DNA of 64,000 bases from a virus (Duplodnaviria > Caudoviricetes), in IMG/VR virus record IMGVR_UViG_2513237354_000022, positions 18,379-82,378 of that record; one strand, written 5' to 3'. Positions 25,891-35,943 of the stretch are shown here, piece by piece. Both the position numbers and the translations under genes were made by a program. Below the pieces are notes generated by a model, which saw only the letters and a program-made list of their open reading frames with translations, had not been told where the DNA came from and did no database searches. Every line of letters begins with the position of its first letter. Position 1 is the stretch's first letter.

Positions 25891-27971
25891 TATCTCGGTC
25901 CTGCGGGGAGTTGCTGGGTTAGCTGTGAGTTAACACCCTTCTGACGATCGACAGTCAAACGGGCAGCCTCGCGCGGATCGGAAACGCCGTGGATGTTAAT
26001 GTTCGTTTCCTGCTGAATAACCGGGGCGCTGGTGGGCATATTGCTCATCACTTTCGGAATGTAGTTGCGCGTTTCCTGCGGCATCAACCCCATGCCATAG
26101 CGCTGAACGTTACCAATCCCCCAGTTATATGAAGCCAGCGCCTTGCTAAGGTCGCCACCATTCTGCCGTAACAGCTGGCTGAGATACTTAGCGGCTGCCT
26201 GTGCTGACTTTTCCGGGTCGAATACATCGTTACCACGCAGGCCCATGTCGCGCGCCGTGCCATCCATAAACTGGAATAGCCCCTTTGCACCAGCGCCGGA
26301 CATAGCAAACTGGTTACCGCCTGACTCAGTGATCGCAACGCTTTTCAACAAGCCGGCAGGCAGCTGATAAAGAGACTCCAGCTTATTGAACATTGGCCCC
26401 ATCCAGTCGAGCAATACTTTGCCCTGGGCTGTCGCCTGAGGTCGCTTAACAGACTGCGCTCGCTGCTCTGGCTCCAGTCCCATCTCCTGAATTTTGCGCT
26501 GGATTTGCTCATCAGTGAAAAAGTCTTTGCCTGGGTTTTCCTTTCTCAGCGCCTCATATGCCTGCTGCCTTTCAGGTACTATATTGCTGCCTATACCGCC
26601 AATCGACGCCATTTCTTCGCTGGTGGTCGGCGTATTGTTGGCAGGAATGAACATAAGCAACCAGGGATTCTTGATTGCCAGCTGCGCGATCCCCTGCGCC
26701 AGCTTACCCAAACCACCAATAGAGCCGCCGATTGCCTTACCGAGCCCCATAAATCCGGCGACAAGTCGCCCGATACCCGTGAGCATGGAGACCAGCTTCG
26801 CACCGGCCAGAAAGCCAAACAGGATGGTGAGCGTATTTTTCCAGCCGCCCAGGTTGTCCTTGAGCTCCAGAAACTTATCGCGTAACCACTTGAACACCTT
26901 CTTAGCCTGCTCAATCTCTGGCTGCCACTTGGACCAGTCAATGAGGCTTTTCCCGCCCTCTTTCCACGTCTGGTAATCGTCATAGAGCAATCCGATCGCC
27001 AGAATCAACGTGGTGATCAGGCCGATAGGGGATTTCAGAAATGCAGCATTGAGCAGACGCCAGGCAATGAGGATTGCGCCAATAGTCATCAGGAATTTTT
27101 TGCTGCCATCGTCCAGCTTTTTCCACCAGTCAATGACCGAACCAGCCGCCTGTATCACCCGCCAGGCCATTCGCGTGAATGCGTTCGCAAGCCAGATCAC
27201 ACCTTTAATGACTTTGGTGAGCGTCTCTTCAATCTTAGGGAAGTTGTCGAGGATGCGCCGCCTCAGGCTGTCCAGCGAACCAGCCAGGCCACCAGCGAGG
27301 TTTGAGCCGATCTTGTCCCGCATGATGCCGAACAGCGACGTGAGCCCGCGCATGGACGTCATGAATTTGTTGGACTGAACAGCCGCTTTATCAGCGTTGA
27401 ACCCCGTCTTTTGCAGCATCGACTGGTAATCGGCGGTAAAGCTATTCATGCCGCGACGCATCGCCATCAGCGTGTTTTCATCGATGCCGAGCATCTGCGC
27501 GTATTGCTTCGCGCGGTAATACGGCATGTTGTTGAGCTTTTGCCCCACGCCAGTAAAGATGGCCGTAGTATCACGCATCTTTCCGCTAGCATCGCGGGTC
27601 TGGACGCCCAGGCGGTTCAGGAAACCTTCCGCGCCCGGATTGCTACGCATGAAACCAGCCAGCCCTTCGAGGGAGGACATAGCCGACTCGGCGCTGGCAC
27701 CGGTTTGCGATGCGGCATAGCCCAGTGCTTTGATGCCCTGGACACTGGCCCCCGTCCGTTGGGATGCCCAGTAAATTTTATCCAGCCCGTTCGCGATCTG
27801 GGTGGTAAACCCAACAATGCTCAGCGCTGCGCCTTCCACCACCGCACCGACCTTCAGAACATTCGCGGTAACGCCTTTCAGCACTGCTTCAAACTTATTA
27901 GCGCCAGCCTGATCGATATCGAACCCCAGCGAAACAAGGAAGTCTTTAATCGTATCTGCGTTACCGCTCAT
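25890..27971 (-). CDS. Tape measure protein with C-terminal lytic transglycosylase (SLT) domain
   Basis: 693 aa helical; VAITESGGN, GLFQFM, ASYNWG, ETRNYIPKV. Confidence 0.88.
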   Translation of the reverse strand: MSGNADTIKDFLVSLGFDIDQAGANKFEAVLKGVTANVLKVGAVVEGAALSIVGFTTQIANGLDKIYWASQRTGASVQGIKALGYAASQTGASAESAMSSLEGLAGFMRSNPGAEGFLNRLGVQTRDASGKMRDTTAIFTGVGQKLNNMPYYRAKQYAQMLGIDENTLMAMRRGMNSFTADYQSMLQKTGFNADKAAVQSNKFMTSMRGLTSLFGIMRDKIGSNLAGGLAGSLDSLRRRILDNFPKIEETLTKVIKGVIWLANAFTRMAWRVIQAAGSVIDWWKKLDDGSKKFLMTIGAILIAWRLLNAAFLKSPIGLITTLILAIGLLYDDYQTWKEGGKSLIDWSKWQPEIEQAKKVFKWLRDKFLELKDNLGGWKNTLTILFGFLAGAKLVSMLTGIGRLVAGFMGLGKAIGGSIGGLGKLAQGIAQLAIKNPWLLMFIPANNTPTTSEEMASIGGIGSNIVPERQQAYEALRKENPGKDFFTDEQIQRKIQEMGLEPEQRAQSVKRPQATAQGKVLLDWMGPMFNKLESLYQLPAGLLKSVAITESGGNQFAMSGAGAKGLFQFMDGTARDMGLRGNDVFDPEKSAQAAAKYLSQLLRQNGGDLSKALASYNWGIGNVQRYGMGLMPQETRNYIPKVMSNMPTSAPVIQQETNINIHGVSDPREAARLTVDRQKGVNSQLTQQLPAGPR

Positions 27972-28200
27972 TGGCCGCTCTCCATTTATCTACCCGGGCG
28001 TCGTTATCCTCGCGCATGTCGAGGTAGTCATTGAGAAGCGCGATGCGGCAAAGGTCTACCGCACCGCTGTTAAGGTCTTTCTGGTCAATATGGAAGGCAA
28101 GCGCCGGACGAAGAATAAAATCTTCACCGCCCGGCAGGCTGTTGAAGGTTATTCCGCTGGCGGGGTGGGCGTCTCGCTGGTAGGGAGTCCTTGCAAAAAA
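27961..28200 (-). other. -1 frameshift extension (gpGT-like) of the tail assembly chaperone
   Basis: Slippery T-TTT-TTG at 28200-28194; the -1 frame stays open to TAA at 27961 (…GEDFILRP…LLNDYLD…) with no obvious upstream ATG. Confidence 0.7.
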
Positions 28201-28574
28201 TTTCCCAGCGAGTCGGCGACCACCCGCGCCACCAGTTGCAGCATGGTAAGCAGGTCGATATCGTCAAACGCCATTTCGCCATGCTGGCAGACCGGCACCC
28301 AGCCTTTCATGTGCTCGCGTGAAACAACGGAAAGGCAGGGAAACAGGATAGCGTCCACGTCGCCATCGCTCAGATCGGACACAGCATTGGCAATTTTTGG
28401 CAGGATGGTAGCCATCGCGCCTTCGGTGTCTTTGCTGCTGATCTTCTCCTGAACGCTCCGGAAGTCAGAAACCATCCCGGCCAGCACCGGCAACAGCTTG
28501 CGGGACACCTTCAGCTGTTCGAAAACGCTGAGCTTTGCGGTGCAATATTTCACGCCTTTAATTTCGAATTCCAT
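28149..28574 (-). CDS. Tail assembly chaperone
   Basis: 141 aa between tube and tape measure. Confidence 0.8.
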   Translation of the reverse strand: MEFEIKGVKYCTAKLSVFEQLKVSRKLLPVLAGMVSDFRSVQEKISSKDTEGAMATILPKIANAVSDLSDGDVDAILFPCLSVVSREHMKGWVPVCQHGEMAFDDIDLLTMLQLVARVVADSLGNFLQGLPTSETPTPPAE

Positions 28575-28577
28575 GCG

Positions 28578-29018
28578 TTAAAACTCCCCGAGCAGCTGGT
28601 CAATCTTGCCGCAGTCGAATACCCAGGCGACGGTTCCGCCCTCTTTGGCATTATTGAAATCAGGCTGTTTCTGGAATGCACACGAACGCGCAGTAGAAAT
28701 ATCACCCGATGCCGTGTTGCGAATGACGATCACGTTATTGCCCCAGGTGGCAGAGGACTGGCTTTGCGCGTTATACGCCAGAGACAGCTTCTTGTTCACG
28801 GGGGAGGTTTTCAGCAGCGTTACCGTAATGGTGCCTGACTTATCGGCGTGCAGGCTGTGCATCACTTCGCCATCGGCACCGATGGTCATGGTGTTCTTGT
28901 TGCCGCCCATGGTCTGGGTGATACCTTCCTCAGAGTTCGCAGAACCCTGACCAAGATCGATAACGCCGGTCGGCCCGGTGAGCGACGCGGTTACATCGAG
29001 AAAAGAATAAGTTGCCAT
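28578..29018 (-). CDS. Tail tube protein (DUF3277 type)
   Basis: MATYSFLDV, MTIGADGE and GTITVTLLKTSP motifs. Confidence 0.85.
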   Translation of the reverse strand: MATYSFLDVTASLTGPTGVIDLGQGSANSEEGITQTMGGNKNTMTIGADGEVMHSLHADKSGTITVTLLKTSPVNKKLSLAYNAQSQSSATWGNNVIVIRNTASGDISTARSCAFQKQPDFNNAKEGGTVAWVFDCGKIDQLLGEF

Positions 29019-29028
29019 TTATCGCTCC

Positions 29029-30189
29029 TTAGCGAACCACGTTGATCTGCACATCGGCATAATGAACTGCGCCAGCCAGCTTACAGGCCACCTGAATTAA
29101 CGGTGCTTTGCGCGCTTCGCGGTCGGCCTGCGCCTGTTGCACCAGCGGCTGCGCATAGACGTAATAGCCTTTGGTCAGCGTATCGCCGGAATTCAGTTGT
29201 CCGATAGGGCCACCATTCCACACGCCAGCCGCTACCAGACCGTTCGTGACGGACTGATCCATGGACTGTTCAACGTTGGAAAGCAGACGGGTCACACCGG
29301 CATCAGTCTGCGGAATTTTGGTGGTGCTGGTGTAAAGCAGGTTATAGAGGTTGGTCTGAACGTAGTTCTGCAACCAGTCGAGCCCGTGGCGCTCGTCGAA
29401 GAAGTCACCGTTTGCCATGACACCCTGTTGCAGGATCGCCGTGTCGTTGGCGTAGTACACGAACACGTTCGCATTCTTCGCATCCACAGCCGCCGCCTGG
29501 CCTACCGTCAGCGTTTCGTAGGTTACGCTCGGTTCCTGTTTGAATTTCAGGGTAATGGTGGTATTGCTGCCGTTGAAATTGACAGTAAAAGCGCGACCGA
29601 AAGCAGAAACCGCCGCGTAAGGGCTGCTGGTGGAATACTGAATAAAGGTACGGGCATACTTGCCAGCCTTTAATTTCGATGCAACATCGGTCGTCGAAGT
29701 CGTGCTGATAATCTCAGCGTCACCAGAGGTCACACCAAAGATACGGCTAAGGCTTGACGCCTCGATAAGCTTGGCAACCTCAATCACGTCATCAGCATCA
29801 AGCACATCGCCACCTGCGACAACATCATCAGCGACAACCAGCCCATACCAGTTGGTATATTGCAGGCAGGCATTAACAGCTTGCACAATGGTTTCCACGC
29901 TTCCACCTTCGGAAGATGTCAGCGTCTTCGCCCAGCGGCCAACATAAACCTGCGTCGGCTTCGGCGACTGGCTGAAGAAAACCTGCGCCGCTTCATATTC
30001 CGGGCTGTCGACTCCGAAGTCCTCGCCAATGTCCTCAACGGACGCATAAAGGCGAACGCGCTCCTGCACCGGAATGACAGTGGAAGAACCGAGGATCAGC
30101 AGCGCGCCGAAGTTACGACCAGTAGCCGCTTTCGGCGAGATGATCACATCAACGTTTACAACGTTGGATACAGGTAAGCCCTGCGTCAT
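29029..30189 (-). CDS. Tail sheath protein (DUF3383 type)
   Basis: [40 protein letters not shown]. Confidence 0.88.
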   Translation of the reverse strand: MTQGLPVSNVVNVDVIISPKAATGRNFGALLILGSSTVIPVQERVRLYASVEDIGEDFGVDSPEYEAAQVFFSQSPKPTQVYVGRWAKTLTSSEGGSVETIVQAVNACLQYTNWYGLVVADDVVAGGDVLDADDVIEVAKLIEASSLSRIFGVTSGDAEIISTTSTTDVASKLKAGKYARTFIQYSTSSPYAAVSAFGRAFTVNFNGSNTTITLKFKQEPSVTYETLTVGQAAAVDAKNANVFVYYANDTAILQQGVMANGDFFDERHGLDWLQNYVQTNLYNLLYTSTTKIPQTDAGVTRLLSNVEQSMDQSVTNGLVAAGVWNGGPIGQLNSGDTLTKGYYVYAQPLVQQAQADREARKAPLIQVACKLAGAVHYADVQINVVR

Positions 30190-30192
30190 AGT

Positions 30193-30741
30193 TTATTCTC
30201 CAAAAAAGGTGACTGGCGCTTCCACCAGCGATTTAATGCCGTACTCACGCACAACCTTCCGGCGCAGGCGCACCGTCATGTCGTAGCGGCGAACCCATTG
30301 CTGGTTGATAAGTTCGGGGAAAGGGGTCAGACCGGTATAGTCGCCCAGGGACAAACCAAGCGCGTTCAACTCAGCATTGTTTTGTGGGACAGATATGCCA
30401 TCGCGAAAGCGGGACGCATAAGACATACCAGCCGGGCCATAGAACGACGCCATGCACTCGAACGTTTCATGCCGCCAGAGCTGAGCGCCCTCGTCGGTCT
30501 GATTGGTGAATGCAGGACTGTTATCAATGGGCCACCCGGTAACGCCGAACGCGCACCAGTTCGTTTCAACGGGTAGCAGTGGCGGCTGATCTTTCTGCCA
30601 GCGCGGGCGAACCATCCCAGCAGGCAAGCCGGAAACGTTGCGCATCCACTGGCTTAACAGCCTGTCGAGCGCTTCGTCATAATCCGGGTCGCCGCTGGTG
30701 GGTGTCAGCCAGCCGCGCTCTGTGCTGGTGTTATTGCTCAA
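30193..30741 (-). CDS. Neck/tail terminator protein
   Basis: Probable TTG start (LSNNTSTERGW) overlapping the adaptor stop; position before the sheath. Confidence 0.7.
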   Translation of the reverse strand: MSNNTSTERGWLTPTSGDPDYDEALDRLLSQWMRNVSGLPAGMVRPRWQKDQPPLLPVETNWCAFGVTGWPIDNSPAFTNQTDEGAQLWRHETFECMASFYGPAGMSYASRFRDGISVPQNNAELNALGLSLGDYTGLTPFPELINQQWVRRYDMTVRLRRKVVREYGIKSLVEAPVTFFGE

Positions 30742-31120
30742 CGGGAGTTCCCCCATCAAACGGCAGTAATTCACAATGTGCCTGGACAAAGCCAGCACCG
30801 TAAGCCGTGTACGGGTCGACGAATGTCACACGATAATCACGGTTCTGATACGTCACGATATCGGCATCACGGCCAGTCTGCCCCTGCGTGAGTCGCTCAG
30901 TCGTCACTATTAAAATCGCCCCGCTTATAACCTGCCCGGCCTGCATGCGGCGGTTTTCCAGAGAGCGGTCAACGGTAACAACCCCGGCAAACTGCGTTTT
31001 AACTTCGCTGTCACTGCCGATCCCGTCATCGTCTACCGTTTGCGCGCGACGCGTTACCCACAGATTGAAGTCGCAAAAATCGGGGTCAAAAAGCACGTCT
31101 GTTACATCAAGATTCGGCAT
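30731..31120 (-). CDS. Head-tail adaptor/closure protein
   Basis: 129 aa; position and [12 protein letters not shown] start. Confidence 0.7.
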   Translation of the reverse strand: MPNLDVTDVLFDPDFCDFNLWVTRRAQTVDDDGIGSDSEVKTQFAGVVTVDRSLENRRMQAGQVISGAILIVTTERLTQGQTGRDADIVTYQNRDYRVTFVDPYTAYGAGFVQAHCELLPFDGGTPVEQ

Positions 31121-31661
31121 CTTTATCCCTCACTACATGGGTTATCGCGGCGAGATATTTGCCAGTATCGTAAAGAGGCTTAGCCAAAGCGGTGCCAGGA
31201 GATTCACCGGCAGCCCTTCTCGCAAGTTCCGCCTTCGCACCTTTACGGCCACGGCGCGCACGAGCTTCAACAGTGCTATCCGCAAGCGGAGTAAAATCGG
31301 CAGCTTTGATGTAATTTTTCACACCTCTTGCTGCCAATGTGCCAGCACGATTGAGCGCTCTTTCCGCACCCGCCGCATTACCATCAAGCGCAGCCTGCGC
31401 CGCTGCTTTGAGCTGCGGCACCGTCTGTTCCTCTACGGATTTAACGCCGGGGAGCAGGTGCGGGCGTGGGGGTATGTTTTGCGCTGGTGATCCGTATTCG
31501 TTGACGTAACCGATCCCGGCATTACCAAACGGAACATCCTCACGCTCGCTGTCTTCTTCAGGAATGCCGACCAGCACATCCTTTTTGGTTAGCGACCTGA
31601 GCGCATCCAGAATGGCCTGAGCGTTATCCACCCTCGTTGTTACACCGCTTTTGAAACTCAT
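31107..31661 (-). CDS. Neck protein (HK97 gp10-like)
   Basis: VLVGIP, YVNEYGS, IPPRP, KPLYDTG motifs. Confidence 0.75.
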   Translation of the reverse strand: MSFKSGVTTRVDNAQAILDALRSLTKKDVLVGIPEEDSEREDVPFGNAGIGYVNEYGSPAQNIPPRPHLLPGVKSVEEQTVPQLKAAAQAALDGNAAGAERALNRAGTLAARGVKNYIKAADFTPLADSTVEARARRGRKGAKAELARRAAGESPGTALAKPLYDTGKYLAAITHVVRDKDAES

Positions 31662-32065
31662 AGCTGGCGACCGCCCGCGCCGAACATCGTGATCAACTGA
31701 TAAAATTCAGCGCCATATCGGGTGTTATTCCAGAAGCCTGCGTCAGGGTTTAGCGTCGCGCTGGTGTCATAGCTGACGCTTACCTTGTCAACGGACTTAG
31801 AGGATTGAACACCATTGGTGGAACCGCCCGGGCCGCCAACCAGCATTGCCCGGCTATCTGCCGCCCATAGCGTCATGTAGTGAGCCACGAACAACTCGGC
31901 AAAGTACGGAAACAACTTTTTGCCGGTGACGTTTTCGCTCAGCAGTTCATCGGCAAGATTCAGACGGAACTCGATTTGGACGTCGGGATATTTTGCCGGG
32001 TCAGCAAACTGCGGGAAGTCGCGCCGAAAATCACTTACTGTTGGCAGGCTTTGATTCTTTGGCAT
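31658..32065 (-). CDS. Head-tail connector (DUF4054 type)
   Basis: [20 protein letters not shown]-like and TRYGAEF motifs. Confidence 0.75.
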   Translation of the reverse strand: MPKNQSLPTVSDFRRDFPQFADPAKYPDVQIEFRLNLADELLSENVTGKKLFPYFAELFVAHYMTLWAADSRAMLVGGPGGSTNGVQSSKSVDKVSVSYDTSATLNPDAGFWNNTRYGAEFYQLITMFGAGGRQL

Positions 32066-32426
32066 CTTTCGCCCCATTACCGCCAGTCTGGGCGGCAGCA
32101 ATCTGCGCTTGCAGGCTGTCGTTCTGCTCTTGCAGCTTGAGCAGCGCTTCTTTCAGATCGGCAATCAGCTGATCTTTATCGACAATCTGCTTATCTTTGT
32201 CGGCAATCTGCGCTTGCAGACTGTCGATAATGGGTTGCAGATCATCGGTGTCGCTAATCACGCTTTCGGAAAGCTCAGAGTGCGCCTGGGTAAACCAGTG
32301 CGACGCGACCTCTTCCGGCACGTTATGACGTCCCCGGCCAAACTCCTGTTTCGACTGATCGCCGAGCGTCAGCGTAAACGGGGTGTGGACATGGATGGTA
32401 ACCAGCTTTTCTTTCGCCATTTTCAT
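32031..32426 (-). CDS. Phage coiled-coil protein (STY1053-like)
   Basis: [14 protein letters not shown] followed by coiled coil; downstream of capsid. Confidence 0.6.
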   Translation of the reverse strand: MKMAKEKLVTIHVHTPFTLTLGDQSKQEFGRGRHNVPEEVASHWFTQAHSELSESVISDTDDLQPIIDSLQAQIADKDKQIVDKDQLIADLKEALLKLQEQNDSLQAQIAAAQTGGNGAKDAKESKPANSK

Positions 32427-32461
32427 TTTCCTTCTGGCCCCTTTCGGGGCCGTTCTGGTTA

Positions 32462-33403
32462 TCAGATACCGTCCACGTAGGACAGGGTTTCTTTGTACAC
32501 GGGCTCAACCGCACCGAGCTTGCCGTAGTAGGTCGCAATCTGGTACAGACCGCGATACTGGACAGGCACGCTCTGCAACGGCACCAGCGGATAACGCACG
32601 TATTTCTTGTCGTTGGTGTAAGCGACCATTCGGTCTTTACCGCCAACCCCGCGCGCTTTCAGCCATTTGACCGCTTTGATTTCCAGCGGAACGCCATTCT
32701 GGTGGAAAGCGATAGTGTTCACGGCCAGATAGGTCAGCAGTGACTGGTTACCCGCTTCGGAAACCTTACGGCTCGCCAGCAGTGAATACTGCTCTGGTGG
32801 AATGCGCAGATCAGAAGGCACGACGGAATAGCCGGATGCGACCCAGGCATTCGAAAGAATGCTGTTCACGCTATCGAGGATCTCGTCGTTAGTGGAGTTC
32901 GCCCAGGTCTTCGGCGCGTTGTTCAGCGTCACACCGACGAGGTTTGCCAGACCTTTCAGGCCTAGCGCGTCATCACCGATGTAAACCTGCTCGTCGTTAT
33001 CCATCTGCCATTTGAGCTGCATACCGTCGTACTTCTGGGTATCAATCGGGCGACCTACCTGCTGAGCTGCTGCCAGCTCTACAACGGTCCAGCCCAGTTC
33101 CATGCCCCAGAGGTTCAGCGGATTACCGTCTTTACCGATATCAACATTCACGCCTGCGATTGCAGTGGAATCTTTGCCTACCCAGTTTTTACCGTTCGGA
33201 TTTGCGCCAGTACCCGCAGCGCCAAAGCTGGTGTTAGTCCAGCTGGAAATGTCATCTGCGATAGAGACGTCTTCACGCAGCTGGATATCTCGGGTCCAGG
33301 TGTAACCCACCAGCGGCAGGTTCAGCGTCTGGTCGAGTCGCTCCAGCTCCCCGATGAGAAAGGCACCAGAGCCATCAACGGTTGCCTGATCAAAAGTAAT
33401 CAT
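32462..33403 (-). CDS. Major capsid protein (DUF2184 type)
   Basis: 313 aa; FLIGELERLD and DEQVYIGD motifs. Confidence 0.85.
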   Translation of the reverse strand: MITFDQATVDGSGAFLIGELERLDQTLNLPLVGYTWTRDIQLREDVSIADDISSWTNTSFGAAGTGANPNGKNWVGKDSTAIAGVNVDIGKDGNPLNLWGMELGWTVVELAAAQQVGRPIDTQKYDGMQLKWQMDNDEQVYIGDDALGLKGLANLVGVTLNNAPKTWANSTNDEILDSVNSILSNAWVASGYSVVPSDLRIPPEQYSLLASRKVSEAGNQSLLTYLAVNTIAFHQNGVPLEIKAVKWLKARGVGGKDRMVAYTNDKKYVRYPLVPLQSVPVQYRGLYQIATYYGKLGAVEPVYKETLSYVDGI

Positions 33404-33414
33404 TCGTCTGTTCC

Positions 33415-33918
33415 TTAAATCTTCCAGGAGATTTCTGCATTGCCGTTAGCGTCACCGGCCCCTGTGAATTCGGCGTTGGTCAGCGCCACGTTTTTGCCAC
33501 TGACGGACGTGGACATAAAGCCGCCCAGCGGCACGTCAATGGTTGAATCGAGCGAAACAACCACGTAGACAGGCGCGCCTTTTTTGATGGTACTGGCATC
33601 GAAGCCAGATCCGAGGTTAACGGTCATGTAGCCACGTTTCATGGCGTCGCCCGGGAAGTTCTTATCCGTTCCCACCTGGCGAACCATGTCGGGCTGCGAT
33701 GTGGTCGGATACGGACGAACGTAGATACCCTTCACCTTGTCGGCGGTGTCACCGTCCGCCAGCGGCACGAAAAAGCCGTCAGCGTCGTATTTGCCAGCCA
33801 GACCGTAAGCAGCGAAGGCGTTAGCGGATTTAAGGATCACCGGTTCGACGGTTAAGTCCTGCGGGCGAGAGATAGCCCCGGCAATGCCAACAGGCATCCG
33901 GTACAAATATGCAGTCAT
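33415..33918 (-). CDS. Head decoration/cement protein
   Basis: 167 aa beta-rich protein between protease and capsid. Confidence 0.65.
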   Translation of the reverse strand: MTAYLYRMPVGIAGAISRPQDLTVEPVILKSANAFAAYGLAGKYDADGFFVPLADGDTADKVKGIYVRPYPTTSQPDMVRQVGTDKNFPGDAMKRGYMTVNLGSGFDASTIKKGAPVYVVVSLDSTIDVPLGGFMSTSVSGKNVALTNAEFTGAGDANGNAEISWKI

Positions 33919-33922
33919 TGGA

Positions 33923-35155
33923 TTATCCTTTGCGGTTAGACCAGAAGTCGGCGTTTTGTTTGTTCAGGGAAGCAATGCTGGTCATGCCCATATTTGGGCG
34001 TTGTGCATCGCCCGTGGTGCTGCGGGTGTTTCGCCCTTTGGCAATCTCAGACACAGCGTTAAATGCCATATCGACCGATTGCTTAGGCAATTTGCGGATA
34101 TCAGCATCACCGACAACCTGGCGAACCAGTGTTTTGTCAGCGGCAGCCAGCACATCACGTTTGAACGCGGTCGGTTTCACCTTACGGCTCAGATCGATAC
34201 CCGGGACGATAACTTCGGCACGATAGGCAGAGTCACCGGTAATCGTGGTTTCCTCTTCGTCGTCCTCGCCGTCGCCGGTCGGATCTTTTTTATCTTTATC
34301 GTCAGGCTTATTGTCGTTATCGCCCGTCGCATTTCCTTCCAGCTTAGCCAGCAGGGCTTTAAGCAAGGTTTTGATATCGTCCTCGCCGTCGCCGGTTGGC
34401 TCTCCGCCCATTTCCGGCTTTTTGTCCGGCAACGGTTGTTGCGGTGAAAGGTTAATGTTGAGGTTAACGCCGCTCGGCAGCTCCCCTTCATCGCCCGTTA
34501 CCGCCGCTGGCGCAGAGTCCAGCAATTCGTTCATGGTGTCCGAGTCACCCGTTTTGATGGCCGTACGCATGCGGGTCCACCAGCTTTTCTTTTGATTTGC
34601 CATTGTGTCTCTGTCTCCAATTGCACAACGATTTCCGGCTCTGCCTTTGGGGACAAGAGCCACATGGTTTCCGGTAATATCGACCTGCTCGGCTTTACCT
34701 GGCTCGGTCTGATCGTATTCCGCGTCATAGCCGCACGACACTTCGCGCAGACCATCTTCGATTAGCTGAATCGCGCTTTCGTCTTTGACGATAAGGTCAG
34801 CCAGCATCAAATCAGACTGATCACCAGTCCCGCGCCGCACATTCTGAAGATGCCCGACAGCAAGCTCTTTCCAGTTCTCGGGATTTACCAGCCGCACATT
34901 CCCGTTTTCATCTTCAGGATGCAGGATCGTGATGCTCATCCCTTCGAATGAGGCGAGCGTGGCCGGATGGAATACCTGCTCAGGAGAGCGCGTTACGACT
35001 ATCTCACCGAGCTTGTCGGGTTTGAGGTTTGGCAGATCGGCAGCGCCGTAGAGCTGCTTACCCGTTCGACCTATCGGCACATCTCTGCACAGCAGCGAGC
35101 CGTCAGCCAGCTGATAGCGGGTTTCCCCCAGCCGGGTATAGAAAAAATATTTCAT
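33923..35155 (-). CDS. Prohead protease/scaffold (DUF2213 type)
   Basis: VPIGRTG, EVSCGYDA, GNHVALVPKGRAG. Confidence 0.88.
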   Translation of the reverse strand: MKYFFYTRLGETRYQLADGSLLCRDVPIGRTGKQLYGAADLPNLKPDKLGEIVVTRSPEQVFHPATLASFEGMSITILHPEDENGNVRLVNPENWKELAVGHLQNVRRGTGDQSDLMLADLIVKDESAIQLIEDGLREVSCGYDAEYDQTEPGKAEQVDITGNHVALVPKGRAGNRCAIGDRDTMANQKKSWWTRMRTAIKTGDSDTMNELLDSAPAAVTGDEGELPSGVNLNINLSPQQPLPDKKPEMGGEPTGDGEDDIKTLLKALLAKLEGNATGDNDNKPDDKDKKDPTGDGEDDEEETTITGDSAYRAEVIVPGIDLSRKVKPTAFKRDVLAAADKTLVRQVVGDADIRKLPKQSVDMAFNAVSEIAKGRNTRSTTGDAQRPNMGMTSIASLNKQNADFWSNRKG

Positions 35156-35169
35156 GGATTACCTGCAAT

Positions 35170-35943
35170 TCAGGCGAGATAAGAATGAGGGTTTGGGAAG
35201 ACGATCTCTTTGTAACATCGGCAGTTCGGTAGCTCGCCAGCGTGACCGGTCATGCCGTCAAGCGTTGGAGGTCGGCCCCATTCGACAAACTTACCTTCCA
35301 TCTCCCGATGAGAATGCCGGACGTCGCCATCTTCGGCTGTACGCCAGATATAACCATTCGAGCCGATTGACAGCGCACGCGCCTGATCCAGCGCGCCGGT
35401 TGCGCGTCCAAGCTCGGTACGGGCGATAAGGTTCGCTCGTGAGCGTGACACGTCACCGGACGCAGCTATCTCTTTCGCGAATGGCTCAGCGCGGCCACCA
35501 GTCACAAGGGCCTTGATGGCCTTGTTCTGAATGTCATACACCCGATCGGCGGCCTCAAGAGGCAGCGATTTGATGTACTTAATTTGCTCGGCGACGATGG
35601 ATTTCATCACCTGGCCTACCGGGGCGCGGTCAACCATGTTGCGCAGCTCTGCGCTGATGTTCCGGCTGTGCTGACGCCACTGCTTTTCATTCTGGCGCGC
35701 TATGTCTGCGGTGAAGTTCTCAGCTACCTTAGTCGCCCAGGGGGTGATGATTTCGCTGTAGCGTTCCAGCGCATCCATTATTTCGGTGACGCTATCGTTT
35801 GAACCATCGTAGCGCCCATTTACGATATCCCCGACCGCCCGCGCTATCTGCCGTAGGCTCGTTCGATATCGGATCTCCGCCTGGCGACTCTGGCGGTTTG
35901 TCGCCAAGTTCGCCGATGCCTGGCGGCGCTTCGTCTTCGGCAT
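35170..35943 (-). CDS. Minor head protein (SPP1 gp7/MuF-like)
   Basis: LIARTE, YIWRTAEDGDVRHSH, HAGELPNCRC; true start may be TTG near 35907. Confidence 0.85.
   Translation of the reverse strand: MPKTKRRQASANLATNRQSRQAEIRYRTSLRQIARAVGDIVNGRYDGSNDSVTEIMDALERYSEIITPWATKVAENFTADIARQNEKQWRQHSRNISAELRNMVDRAPVGQVMKSIVAEQIKYIKSLPLEAADRVYDIQNKAIKALVTGGRAEPFAKEIAASGDVSRSRANLIARTELGRATGALDQARALSIGSNGYIWRTAEDGDVRHSHREMEGKFVEWGRPPTLDGMTGHAGELPNCRCYKEIVFPNPHSYLA

Noticed and set aside
32172-32213. 21-bp imperfect tandem repeat
   Set aside because: Simply encodes a heptad duplication ([14 protein letters not shown]) in a coiled coil.
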